The notes under the pieces: generated by a model
Databases searched by the model: none
Told to the model about the DNA's origin: nothing
The model's input: only the letters and a program-made list of their open reading frames with translations
Part shown: in pieces, positions 19,201-28,241 of the stretch
Position numbering within the stretch: position 1 is the stretch's first letter
How the letters are laid out: each line of letters begins with the position of its first letter
Position numbers and translations under genes: made by a program
Assembly (NCBI GenBank): GCA_965217775.1
Contig: CBDCJH010000002.1
Coordinates: 2,432,001 to 2,496,000, forward strand
Origin: Acidobacteriota bacterium
GTDB taxonomy: Bacteria; Acidobacteriota; UBA6911; RPQK01; JAJDTT01
Direction: 5' to 3'
Length of the DNA: 64,000 bases

Positions 19201-19756
19201 TGGACATGGCAACGTTCTCGTTGTCGAAATACCTGAAGGGGTCGTAAGACACACCGGGCATGGTCCGCAGGAAGGACAGGGCCTGGCGGTTGTTGAACGA
19301 GACGACCAGAGGCAGACGGGCAATTTCCTCGTTCACCCTGGCATAGCCTGCCTTATTGCTTTGCTTCTCAATGGTGGGGAGTGTAGCCGCCACCTCCACG
19401 GTTTCCGTCACTTGGCCCACTGTCAACCCAACGTCGAGAGTGACAATCTCACCCGAAACGACGCGGATCCCGGTCTGTTCAAGCGTCCGGAAGCCGGTCA
19501 AGGAGGCCAGCAGCGCATATTCGCCGATGGGCACGGAGTTGAACCCGTAAAGCCCCACGTCGTTCGTCACGACGTCCCGTTGCGCGCCCGTGCCCAGGTT
19601 GGTGAGGGTCACTTCCACGCCGGGGAGAACGCCTCCGCCTTCGTCTCGCACGGTCCCGGTAACGGTTCCCACATGCTCCTGGGCCAATACCGGGAGGGAA
19701 ACCATCAAAACAAACAATGGAAGAGCACTCTTGATGGAAAAGAGGGAAGTGTGCAT
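16286..19756 (-). CDS. TonB-dependent receptor-like protein, paralog of 12429..15860
   Basis: Same architecture; shared blocks ATLPTIEKQSNKAGYARVNEEIARLP, NPGAGGLPGALWFWG and CSYFNENAT. Confidence 0.9.
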   Translation of the reverse strand: MHTSLFSIKSALPLFVLMVSLPVLAQEHVGTVTGTVRDEGGGVLPGVEVTLTNLGTGAQRDVVTNDVGLYGFNSVPIGEYALLASLTGFRTLEQTGIRVVSGEIVTLDVGLTVGQVTETVEVAATLPTIEKQSNKAGYARVNEEIARLPLVVSFNNRQALSFLRTMPGVSYDPFRYFDNENVAMSRSFVQGTPTASPSYNIDGVRASGSTHENARDDTAPIPEMVQEFRLDTNTQAEHGWDSGVAINLVFKSGTNDFHGTGFWYNRNDVFDARPWFAARRAVTRQNDFGFVLGGPIWKNRTFFFGGIDIYKLRTAPSGTTATVPTTAMRNGDFSEILGDQVGTDALGRPVFQGQIFDPASTRPDGQGGFIRDPFPGNIIPSDRSSSITQALLSHVGAPNRPGVSNNWVGTQTLRPDDKESYYLKIDHQIDEAGSHKFTFGTEQNVRLNRSTYPQVFDEAISSLHINESAQYRYRFNYYWTIRPNVILNLRTGVTRTPRIIGTQGLDNDRFGEEIGITGVSNPNAPRVNTEGMTGYGPIFRKLNDPSQTVPAHFDMTWVRGSHNFKFGGSYLLSVSKGDSSIFGQGNFSFQDRTTGLPGFPATGWGFASQFLGEVDGGTVNSPTAFKRDGGAWGFYFQDSWRATPKLTVNYGIRNDVFITAGESYDRIGAFNPTVPNPGAGGLPGALWFWGEGPGRNGFKRVAPTLWSNWGPRLGLAYSPDEKTVLKASAAYMYFPHFGAMTSGFNTPAIGWILNVTAASLDGGVTPGFNWDDGFPDILPNLPDLDPSFANGQSVVALNRDTMKAGRTLTVNFGVERDLGWGTAFRANYHGKFSHSLPSNDAVRLNQLDPRHLALGTLLFADINSPAAAAAGITAPYEGFTGPVNQALRPFPHMLNINERAAPVTDLTYHGVVLSMQKRYGHGMSFMLNYTISKALGNARWANQGHSLASHIQHTSQRHLRYLYDQDRPQNVAVSWMWELPFGPGKRWGADTSSVVKKLIGGWNIGMQQAYFSAQPLHMSSRVRYPGGFNAIWPDRVDGVSVRTGVDCGDYDPNDPSRNRYININAFANPAPFTLGNTRTLPTTRACSYFNENATIQKDTYVNEDIYVRLGADFFNLFNRHIWGNPNTDIGNKAAFGTIRSVSFPPRIIQLSLSIHF

Positions 19757-19986
19757 CGTCGTCTCCTTCTTGGCGAGCGTGGAAGTCGATTCCCACCTGT
19801 TGCACTGGAATATAGACGAGGTTGTCAGAAAAAGTCAAAAGATTTCCTGGACTTGGTGTCTTTATTACGTTAAAACGCTCGATTTTTTTGACACGTGATC
19901 TGTCCGGTCGGTAAAAATTGGACTCCCTCGTCGTGTCGCCTGGTGACCTTTTCCTGCTTCGCGCATGTGCTAGGTTAGGTCACGGG

Positions 19987-21681
19987 ATGTGGATTCGACA
20001 GGCCCTTGCTCCGGCTCTCCAGGCGACGCTCCTGGGCCTGATGACCACCCTGGCGCCATCCCTCCTTTTGTTGGCCCAGCCCCTGCCAATCCTGAGAGAC
20101 GTCACCCCAGAGGCCGGTTTGAACCTGGTCACCACCTGCGGAACGCCGCAGAAGAAATTCATCGTCGAAGGGAACGGTAGCGGTTGCGCCTGGATCGACT
20201 ACGACAACGACGGATGGACCGATCTCTACATCGTCAACGGCATCTCCAGCGCCGCGCTCATGGCGGGCCGGGAGGACGCCGCCTCCGCCCCCAATTTCCT
20301 GTTCCGCAACCGTGGGGACGGCACCTTCTCCCAGGTGACCGTCAATGCCGGAGTCGCCGGGACCGGCTTGGGCAACGGCGTGGCGGCGGCCGACTACGAC
20401 AACGACGGGTGGATCGACCTGTTCGTCACCAACTACGGCCGCGATCTTCTGTACCGGAACAACGGCAACGGAACCTTTACCGAAGTGGGAGCCTCCGCGG
20501 GAGTCGCCGGCGCCGGGGAATGGAGCACGGGAGCCGCGTTCGGAGACTACGACGGCGACGGGTGGCTGGACCTTTACGTGGCGCGCTATCTGGAGTTCGA
20601 CGTCGACGACCCTCCACTGGGAGGGGAGTTCTGCGGATACCGGGGCATCCCGGTCATGTGCGGCCCCAAAGGGCTGACGGGAGCGCCCGACGTCCTCTAC
20701 CGCAACAACGGCGACGGTACCTTCACCGATGTGACCCGGGCGACCGGGGTGCAGGATGAGAAGCTCCTGTACGGATTCACCCCGGTCTTCGAGGACTTGG
20801 ACAACGATGGCTACCCCGATCTCTTCGTCACCAACGACGCGGGCCCCAATTACCTGTACCGGAACCGGCGGGACGGGACCTTCCGGGAGACGGCGCTGCT
20901 TGCGGGGGTGGGCTACAACGCCCAGGGGACGGCCCAGGCGGACATGGGCGTAGCGGTGGGTGATGTGGGGGGTGACGGCCGGATCGACCTGTTCACCACC
21001 ACCTTCTCCGAAGAGTACTACCCCTTCTTCCGAAACCTGGGAGCAGGCGGGTTCGAGGAGGTCTCACAGCCGGTGGGACTGGCCACCCGCACCCTGCCCT
21101 ACCTGGGATGGGCGACCTTTTTCCTCGACTTCGACAACGACGGAAACCTGGACTTGTTTGTCGCCAATGGGCATATTTTCCCGCAGGTGGAGGCCTCGTT
21201 GGAAAGCTACCGGCAACCCGATCTTCTGTTTCGGGGGAACGGCGAGTTCGGATTTCAGGATGTCACCGATGAGGTGGGACTGGACCAGGCGCCGGTCCGG
21301 TCCAGCCGGGGAGGCGCCTTCTGCGACTACGACAACGACGGGGACCTGGACCTGCTGGTGCTGGCCATCGACGACGCCCCCACGCTCCTGCGCAACGACG
21401 GAGGAAACCGGCAGAACTGGCTCCAGTTCCGGCTCACCGGCAGGCGCGGCAACCGGTCCGCCATCGGGGCCCGGGTTCAGGTCGTGACCGGTTCCAAGAC
21501 TCGGACCGGCCGCATCAGAAGCGGCGGAGGCTTCCTCTCCCAGAACGACCTTCGTCTGCATTTCGGCTTGGGTCAGGCGGCCGCCGCCGACCGGGTCGAG
21601 ATCAGTTGGCCCCGCGGAGGAAGCCAGGTTCTGATGAACGTTCAAGCAAACCGGATCATCCGCATCGAGGAGGCCGAATGA
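19987..21681 (+). CDS. CRTAC1-family protein (FG-GAP/VCBS repeats + ASPIC/UnbV)
   Basis: Repeated DYDNDGWxDL, FTDVT, C-terminal 'AIGARV...SQNDLRLHFGLG'; start uncertain. Confidence 0.9.
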   Translation: MWIRQALAPALQATLLGLMTTLAPSLLLLAQPLPILRDVTPEAGLNLVTTCGTPQKKFIVEGNGSGCAWIDYDNDGWTDLYIVNGISSAALMAGREDAASAPNFLFRNRGDGTFSQVTVNAGVAGTGLGNGVAAADYDNDGWIDLFVTNYGRDLLYRNNGNGTFTEVGASAGVAGAGEWSTGAAFGDYDGDGWLDLYVARYLEFDVDDPPLGGEFCGYRGIPVMCGPKGLTGAPDVLYRNNGDGTFTDVTRATGVQDEKLLYGFTPVFEDLDNDGYPDLFVTNDAGPNYLYRNRRDGTFRETALLAGVGYNAQGTAQADMGVAVGDVGGDGRIDLFTTTFSEEYYPFFRNLGAGGFEEVSQPVGLATRTLPYLGWATFFLDFDNDGNLDLFVANGHIFPQVEASLESYRQPDLLFRGNGEFGFQDVTDEVGLDQAPVRSSRGGAFCDYDNDGDLDLLVLAIDDAPTLLRNDGGNRQNWLQFRLTGRRGNRSAIGARVQVVTGSKTRTGRIRSGGGFLSQNDLRLHFGLGQAAAADRVEISWPRGGSQVLMNVQANRIIRIEEAE

Positions 21682-23375
21682 AAGAACTATCTCCAAGTCG
21701 AGTTTCCTGGAGCGCCATTTTCCTGCTCTGCTTGTCTCTGGCGTTGCCTTCCGTGACCCCGGCCGGAGAAGCTTCCGGAGCCGGAGAGAGCGCCCGGTTC
21801 CTGGACCTCACCCTGCTGGTCTCTCCCGACCATCCAGTCAACTGGCCGGACATCTTTCCCTACGTTCAAATCAACCACTATCTCCGGATCGGTCCGCGCG
21901 GCCCTTACAACAGCGACATCATCACCATCGACGAGAACACCGGGACCCAGTTCGATTCGCCCGCTCACGGTCCGGTTCCCCGGGAGACGGCCAAGATCAC
22001 GCCCGAACGGGTGCCGGTCTGGCAATTCCTGGGGGAGGCCTGCGTCATCGACGTGCGCCCCCTGCTGGACGATGCTCCAATCGGCCACAGTCCCCTGATC
22101 CGCAAGCAGCACGTCGTGGATTGGGAGCAGCGCCACCGGCCCCTGGGCCCTGGCGACGTGGTCCTCTTCCGGAGCGGCTACAACGACAAGTATTTCAAGC
22201 CGCTTCCGGAGGGACGGGGTTTCGTGGCCGAGGTCGCGGCGGGCGAGAAAACGGCCTGGCCGGCGCCCGAGGCCGAGACCATGGACTACGTGGGGAGCCG
22301 GGGCGTTCTGACCGCAGGGATCGACAGTCCCAGCATGGGACCGCTTCCACCCCCGGGGGGCATGGAAACCCACGGCGCGGGGCTGAAATACGGAATGCTC
22401 TGGACGGAAGGGGCCCGGAATCTGGGCGACCTCCCGGCGACGGGAGCCGTCTACGTCCAACTGCCGCCGAAACACGGAGGGGGCATCGGCGCCGAGGTCC
22501 GGGCTTTCGGCATCGTCGGGAACCCGCTGGCGTCGTGGTTGATCAAAGCTGCGCGCAAACAGAGGGTCATCGATCTTTCCGTCCAGCTCTCCGAGGACCT
22601 GCCGGTCTGGTGGCCCGGTCCCGGAGCCGGCAATTCCCGTTACCCATATTACCAGCATGTGCTTCCGCTTCCCTATGTTCCGGCGCAACACCAACGCGCC
22701 TTTGACAGCCACACGGGCACGCATCTGGTGCCACCCGCCTATGCCCTGCCCCGGAAGCGATTCGACCCTGGCGACTACTCGCCGCAGGTGAGGGAGTGGC
22801 TGGGTGAATACGAGAAAAGCTACGGACCGAGAGGGTTCACCGACATCACCACCGAAAAGGTGCCTCTTTCCCAGACCGCCGGCTGGGCCCGGGTCATCGA
22901 CGTGAAGCACCGGATCGGTTCCACCCGCGAGTCTGACTGGCCAGCCTCCCCGGTCATCCGTCCCGATGACATCCGGGAGTACGAGAAACGGTCCGGCGAG
23001 CTGCAACCGGGGGACGTGGTCATCTTCCACAGCGGGTACAGCGACCGCTACCTGAAGCCGTTTCCGGAACACAAGGCCTGCATGGCGGATCCGCTCAACG
23101 GGAAACGGGAGGGCTGGCCGGCGCCGGGAGTGGACGCCATCCAGTACTTGGCGGACCGGGGAATCCGCTGCGTCGCGACGGACGGTCCGACGCTGGGAGG
23201 CGTCGATCCCAAGAACGCCATTATGACCTACTGGGCCCTCGGCAGCCGCGGATTGGTGGGCGTCGAGTACCTGACCCGCGTCGGGTCTATGCCGCCCAAG
23301 TCGTACTTCATCTTCGCCGCGCCCAGGCTCGAGGGAGCCCACGGCGGTTCCGGCCGGGCGATTGCGGTCTATTGA
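21678..23375 (+). CDS. Secreted two-domain cyclase-family (KynB-like) protein
   Basis: Two repeats of DL(T/S)..., xxTGT(Q/H), ViDV, GDVVxFxSGY, D(S/G)P(S/T)(M/L)G. Confidence 0.85.
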   Translation: MKELSPSRVSWSAIFLLCLSLALPSVTPAGEASGAGESARFLDLTLLVSPDHPVNWPDIFPYVQINHYLRIGPRGPYNSDIITIDENTGTQFDSPAHGPVPRETAKITPERVPVWQFLGEACVIDVRPLLDDAPIGHSPLIRKQHVVDWEQRHRPLGPGDVVLFRSGYNDKYFKPLPEGRGFVAEVAAGEKTAWPAPEAETMDYVGSRGVLTAGIDSPSMGPLPPPGGMETHGAGLKYGMLWTEGARNLGDLPATGAVYVQLPPKHGGGIGAEVRAFGIVGNPLASWLIKAARKQRVIDLSVQLSEDLPVWWPGPGAGNSRYPYYQHVLPLPYVPAQHQRAFDSHTGTHLVPPAYALPRKRFDPGDYSPQVREWLGEYEKSYGPRGFTDITTEKVPLSQTAGWARVIDVKHRIGSTRESDWPASPVIRPDDIREYEKRSGELQPGDVVIFHSGYSDRYLKPFPEHKACMADPLNGKREGWPAPGVDAIQYLADRGIRCVATDGPTLGGVDPKNAIMTYWALGSRGLVGVEYLTRVGSMPPKSYFIFAAPRLEGAHGGSGRAIAVY

Positions 23376-23447
23376 CCCGAATGGTAAATGGGGACCTGAT
23401 TAGTCCCTTACTCTCAAAATCGTGTGCAAATGGACGAAGAATTATTG

Positions 23448-23472
23448 GTAGGGGCGCCCCTTGTGGGCGCCC
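23448..23472. repeat. GTAG-type REP palindrome (GTAGGGGCGCCCCTTGTGGGCGCCC)
   Basis: GTAG tetranucleotide plus GC hairpin; related copies near 45594-45619 (inverted) and 57664-57689. Confidence 0.7.
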
Positions 23473-23812
23473 TCTTCGGTCCAAACCGGAGCCAGACGCG
23501 GCCAATTGAATGTCAGGCATCTGGAACGCCGGCGGCGAAGAAATTTTGGTTCCGGCTACGCCGGGTTGCGGGGAACAACACAAGGGCAAGTCCGGAACAC
23601 TCGCCGGCGGGTCCCTCTATTCCACTATTGGTATCGTGCCGGAGGAATAGCGTGGAAACTGCAGCGATGTCCCGACGGGAATAGTCTGGAAGGGAGACTG
23701 AGCAGCGAACCGGCGTGCACCGCCAAGCGGTTCAGGTCGCTTGATTCAACAACTCAGCAAGTCGTTTCTTGTTCCGGATTTTTCCTTGCGGCATTCTTGA
23801 GTTTCTGAAGAC

Positions 23813-23884
23813 GAGCCTGCCGAGTAGTGGCGTACTCGACAGGCCCTGAGCCAACTCGTCCTATGCCGGAGGACGAGCCAGCCT
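23813..23884 (-). ncRNA. Candidate 72-nt two-hairpin small RNA, copy A
   Basis: Promoter CTGAAA-N18-TACAAT on - (23921..23892); homologous to 59653-59724 with compensatory changes. Confidence 0.55.
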
Positions 23885-23920
23885 AAAAAGTATTGTACTT
23901 CACCAACACCCCTGGTTTCA

Positions 23921-24085
23921 GTCCGGCAATCGAGAGCGACCCGGGTCCGGACGAACGGCAACGCCGTCATGATCGTTCCCAACTCCGAATTCATCGAGGG
24001 ACGGGTGACGAACTGGACTGCCAACGGCCGGAACGTCCGCATCAAGGTTCCGTTGGGAGTATCCTACGGGAAATGACCCGGATCC
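23921..24085 (+). pseudogene. Mechanosensitive channel (MscS) gene fragment
   Basis: RATRVRTNGNAVMIVPNSEFIEGRVTNWTANGRNVRIKVPLGVSYG, then an apparent frameshift and stop; no start or TM part. Confidence 0.75.
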
Positions 24086-24142
24086 AAGCGGAGGGACAAG
24101 GTACCGGGAACCCGGCACCGACTCTTTGAAGGAGTTATTGTA

Positions 24143-26404
24143 ATGGCTCAACACCCGCGACCGGCCGCTGCGAGCGCCGCCACACCCTCCGTTGCAGGAC
24201 ACGGGTTCGGCACAGCACCGGTTTTCCTGGCCTCGATCAGCACCATCCTGGGGGCGATCCTCTTCCTGCGCTTCGGCTACGCCGTCGGCCATGTCGGCCT
24301 CTGGGGCAGCCTCATGATCGTCCTGATCGGACATCTGGTGACCATCCCCACCGTCCTCGCCGTGTCCGAAATCGCCACCAACCGCCGGGTGGCCGGCGGC
24401 GGCGCGTACTACATCATCAGCCGTTCCTTCGGCACCAACATCGGAGGCGCCATCGGGATCGCACTGTATTTGTCGCAGGCGATCTCGATCGCTTTCTATC
24501 TCGTCGCATTCGCGGAAGCGTTTGACCCCGTCTACGAATGGGCCGCCACCCAGTACGAAGTGACTCCCGACCCCCGCTGGATCAGCCTTCCCTGCACCCT
24601 CCTGCTCATGGTGATGATGCTTACCGTTGGGGCCAAGCTGGGCGTCGGAGCACTCTGGGTCGTCAGCGCGATGCTGGGGGTGGCGATCTCAACCTTCCTC
24701 CTGGGACAAGGGCCCGAATCGATCCGGCCCGACGGGCTGAATCTCACGACTCGAATCGAAGGCGCCGACTCTTTCGGCATTGTCTTTGCGACCTGTTTCC
24801 CCGCCTTCACCGGTATGATCGCCGGCCTTGGGCTCTCCGGTGACCTGAAGAATCCGCAGAAGAGTATTCCGCTGGGCACCATCGGGGCGACGCTGGCCGG
24901 CATGGTCGTCTACGCCTTGGTCGCGATCAAGCTCGCCCAGAGCGCCACCCCGGAAGCGCTCGCTGCCGATCAGTTCATCATGGCAAAGATCGCCTTCTGG
25001 GGCCCGGCGATCTACGTGGGGTTGGGTGCTGCCGCCTTCTCCTCTGCCCTGGGTTCGATCCTGGTGGCTCCCAGAACGCTTCAGGCGCTGGCCCGGGACA
25101 ACGTGCTCCCGGTTCCAAAACTGAATCGCGTACTCAAGCGGGTCCGTGGCAGAGCTCACGAACCCGTGGCCGCGACCTACGTATCGGGCGCCATCGCGAT
25201 CCTTTTCGTGGTCATTGGAGACGTGGATTTCATCGCACAGATCCTCAGCATGTTCTTCATGGTGACCTACGGCGCCCTCTGCACGGTCTCATTCCTCGAA
25301 TACTTCGCCGGCAATCCCTCCTACCGTCCCACCTTCCATTCCCGCTGGTACCTGTCGCTTCTGGGAGCCGTGATGTGCGGGTTGATGATGATCCAGATGA
25401 ACCTACTCTACGCGTTCCTGGCGATTTCGCTGATGGTGGCGGCCTATTACGGATTGAGTCGAACCCGCAAGGGGGAGCGCGACCTGACGGCGATTTTCCA
25501 AGGCACCATGTTCCAACTGACCCGGCGCCTCCAGATCACTCTGCAAAAGAACCAGGTGGAGAAGTCGGAAGGAGGCTGGCGTCCGTCGATCGTCGCGGTG
25601 ACCCGTTTCGGGGAACGTAGACTCGGCCACTTCGACCTGATGCGCTGGATCAGCCACCGCCACGGATTCGGGCATTTCATCCAGTTCTTTCAAGGAGACT
25701 ACACCTTCGCGGGGGAGATCCAGGCCCGGGCTCACGTGGGCAAGCTCATTGAGCGTAGCGAGATCAGCGGTGCCGGTATTTTCGTGGACTCCCTCATCTC
25801 TCCTTCCTTCGAAATGGCGCTGGCCCAAACCCTTCAGATGCCGGGTATCTCGGGACTACCCAACAATTGTGTCCTGCTGGAATTCGACAACGAGCATCCG
25901 GAGGAGATCGAAGAAACCTTGCGGGGTGTGCGTCTCGCCGCCGAGTCGCAGTTCAATGTCCTCGTATTGCGTTCCGCCAAGTACCGTTTCGGTTACCGGT
26001 CTTCGATCCACATCTGGGTGACCGAGGACAACCTGTCGAACGCTCCGCTGATGTTGCTGCTGGCCTACATCATCGTGGGGCACCCGGAATGGAGGCGGGC
26101 CCAGATCCGATTCTTCGCCTGCCTCGACTCGGAACACGCCGAACGGGAGACCCACAATCTCTCCAACATGGTGACCGTGGGCCGGCTTCCGATCTCCAGA
26201 CAGAATGTCACTTCAGTCTGCTGCGCGACGCAGGAAGCCCTGGAGCAAGAGGTGTCGGACCGGTCGTCCAAGGCCGATCTCGTTATCGCGGGGCTGACGG
26301 CCGACGCCCTCCAGTCGGAAGCGGCGGAGCAATCGCTCCGTGTCTTCGGCGGAGCGAACGACGTGCTCTTCGTCCACGCCAGCGAATCCATAGTGATCGA
26401 GTGA
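24143..26404 (+). CDS. APC-superfamily permease, cation-chloride cotransporter (SLC12)-like
   Basis: STILGAILFLR, GGGAYYIISRSFG, FPAFTGMIAGLGLSGDLKNPQKSIPLGT, 'WRP' C-terminal domain; GAAGGAG RBS. Confidence 0.88.
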   Translation: MAQHPRPAAASAATPSVAGHGFGTAPVFLASISTILGAILFLRFGYAVGHVGLWGSLMIVLIGHLVTIPTVLAVSEIATNRRVAGGGAYYIISRSFGTNIGGAIGIALYLSQAISIAFYLVAFAEAFDPVYEWAATQYEVTPDPRWISLPCTLLLMVMMLTVGAKLGVGALWVVSAMLGVAISTFLLGQGPESIRPDGLNLTTRIEGADSFGIVFATCFPAFTGMIAGLGLSGDLKNPQKSIPLGTIGATLAGMVVYALVAIKLAQSATPEALAADQFIMAKIAFWGPAIYVGLGAAAFSSALGSILVAPRTLQALARDNVLPVPKLNRVLKRVRGRAHEPVAATYVSGAIAILFVVIGDVDFIAQILSMFFMVTYGALCTVSFLEYFAGNPSYRPTFHSRWYLSLLGAVMCGLMMIQMNLLYAFLAISLMVAAYYGLSRTRKGERDLTAIFQGTMFQLTRRLQITLQKNQVEKSEGGWRPSIVAVTRFGERRLGHFDLMRWISHRHGFGHFIQFFQGDYTFAGEIQARAHVGKLIERSEISGAGIFVDSLISPSFEMALAQTLQMPGISGLPNNCVLLEFDNEHPEEIEETLRGVRLAAESQFNVLVLRSAKYRFGYRSSIHIWVTEDNLSNAPLMLLLAYIIVGHPEWRRAQIRFFACLDSEHAERETHNLSNMVTVGRLPISRQNVTSVCCATQEALEQEVSDRSSKADLVIAGLTADALQSEAAEQSLRVFGGANDVLFVHASESIVIE

Positions 26405-26428
26405 GCAGTTGACGGGTCCGGATCGAAT

Positions 26429-28006
26429 TCAGAAGCTCACATGGACCCGAGCTCCGACCACTCCCTGGGTTCCCTTGGCCGATCTTCCACCTGAACCGAA
26501 GACCAACTGAAAATCAGGAGTGAAGGCGAAATTTCGTGTGACCTGCCACCGGTAGTAGGCCTCCATCACTTTCTCGGAGGCCGCGTCACTGATCCCGAAC
26601 GCTTGGGAGAAGGCGAGACCCAGGGCCGAGTCTTGGACGCCTTCAGCAGCAAACCGCCACTGAATCCCTCCCGAATACGATGTCCGCACCGGCCCGAAGA
26701 CGAGCGCCCCCGGACCCGAATTCCCAACGCCGTAGCGTCCGAATACCCCGACCCTCGGACTGACCCACTGGTCCGCACTCACGTAGATTCCGCGCACCCC
26801 CCCTTCACCAGCCACATTGCCAAGCGTCATGCCCAAACGCCAGTGACCCGGGTAGTTCTTGAGGACCGTCCTCAGTTCCGCCTCGGTCGTCCAAAGGGGA
26901 GAGGTGAAGGCTCGTTCGGTCCTGGAAACAGCGTAACCGACTCGAAACGCGACCCCGCGGAGCCGGTCGTAACTCAGTGGCCGCTCATATTCTCCGACCA
27001 GTCCCGGAGCGACGACTCCAGTCTTGTAGGCGGCCCCGTTTACGAAGGCACTGTTGACGAACTGCCGCACCTCGTTGTTGGCGAATTGGTTGGTATCGAA
27101 GTAGTCGGAGACGTCGAGCACTCCAGCTCTCGCGCTCAGGCGGCTGCTGCCCCACCGGATTCCCTGCTCATAGAAGGCCTTGCCGAGATAGAGATTGCCT
27201 CGGGCGATCGGCTCGTTGAATCGGCTGCGGTCGCTGGCGACGTCGTTGAAGCTGCTGAACGACTCGGGACCGCCCACCACTGAGCTGTCGAAGGGTCCCC
27301 CCGCAGCACCGATCTGGAGAAAGAAGTATCCCTCGTCCCAGACCTGGCTTCGAGCCGGCAGTGCTCTCAAGGTAAAGTTCACACGTGTCCTTCCAAAAAC
27401 CGACGTCAGATGTGGCGAATCTCCAGGTACCGTGGCCATCTGAACCCCGGAGGTCACGTCACCGGTCATGACCATCCGCTCCGACATGGGCAACTCCTGG
27501 AATTGCTCGATCGCCTGGCGAAAGCCTTCCTGACCCTTGGTCAAGCTCCTGGCCTGGAGAGAATCTTCCGGGGAGGGCTCCGGATCAGGTTTCCGGGGGG
27601 CCGCCTTGTCGACTGCGCAAGTCTTGGACATCTGACCTTCGGAACCCGGCAACTCGGCCCCCAGAAGCGCGAGGCTCGCTATGTGACGGACCGGTACCGC
27701 GCTGACACCCGATCGCGCCAAGCGACGACCCAGCTCTCGAAAGAGGCGATCCAGCCGCCGTTGGCGTTCCTCGGCGGTGGGGTCGGGCGTGACTTCTTCC
27801 TCCAGGTAGGTACTCGAGAGTTCCCGCAGCAGCACGGTACGCCAGTCATCGTCTCCTGTAGCCAAACCGGATCCGGTTGAAACCCACGTCAGCAGGAAAC
27901 CCGTCACCAGGAGGCGAATTCGTCGCGTTTCTCGCCGTCCATCGATACACTTTTCCGAGGCAATCAAACGACTATCTGAGTGCATGGTCAGTTTCCTCAA
28001 TGACAC
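26429..28006 (-). CDS. Carbohydrate-selective porin (OprB-like)
   Basis: YFDTNQFANNE..QF, EKVMEAYYRWQV, TPDFQ, terminal F; start uncertain. Confidence 0.75.
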   Translation of the reverse strand: MSLRKLTMHSDSRLIASEKCIDGRRETRRIRLLVTGFLLTWVSTGSGLATGDDDWRTVLLRELSSTYLEEEVTPDPTAEERQRRLDRLFRELGRRLARSGVSAVPVRHIASLALLGAELPGSEGQMSKTCAVDKAAPRKPDPEPSPEDSLQARSLTKGQEGFRQAIEQFQELPMSERMVMTGDVTSGVQMATVPGDSPHLTSVFGRTRVNFTLRALPARSQVWDEGYFFLQIGAAGGPFDSSVVGGPESFSSFNDVASDRSRFNEPIARGNLYLGKAFYEQGIRWGSSRLSARAGVLDVSDYFDTNQFANNEVRQFVNSAFVNGAAYKTGVVAPGLVGEYERPLSYDRLRGVAFRVGYAVSRTERAFTSPLWTTEAELRTVLKNYPGHWRLGMTLGNVAGEGGVRGIYVSADQWVSPRVGVFGRYGVGNSGPGALVFGPVRTSYSGGIQWRFAAEGVQDSALGLAFSQAFGISDAASEKVMEAYYRWQVTRNFAFTPDFQLVFGSGGRSAKGTQGVVGARVHVSF

Positions 28007-28241
28007 ACCGGATGACTTCCTTCCGCGGCCGGAGCGAACCGGGAGGCCAAACTCCGATCACGACGAATCAACGTCCCTCAGTACTCCCCGCTTCATATGG
28101 CAGATCCCGACGGAACAGCTCCCCTGCCATCAGATTGTATTGGTCGACGTCGCGCGAGTCCTTGATTCTGGCTGGAGTTAGTCTGAGGGAACCCGGTAGA
28201 CGGCTAGCCGCCTGCCGTTCTCTCGGGTAGAATCCGGCCCC

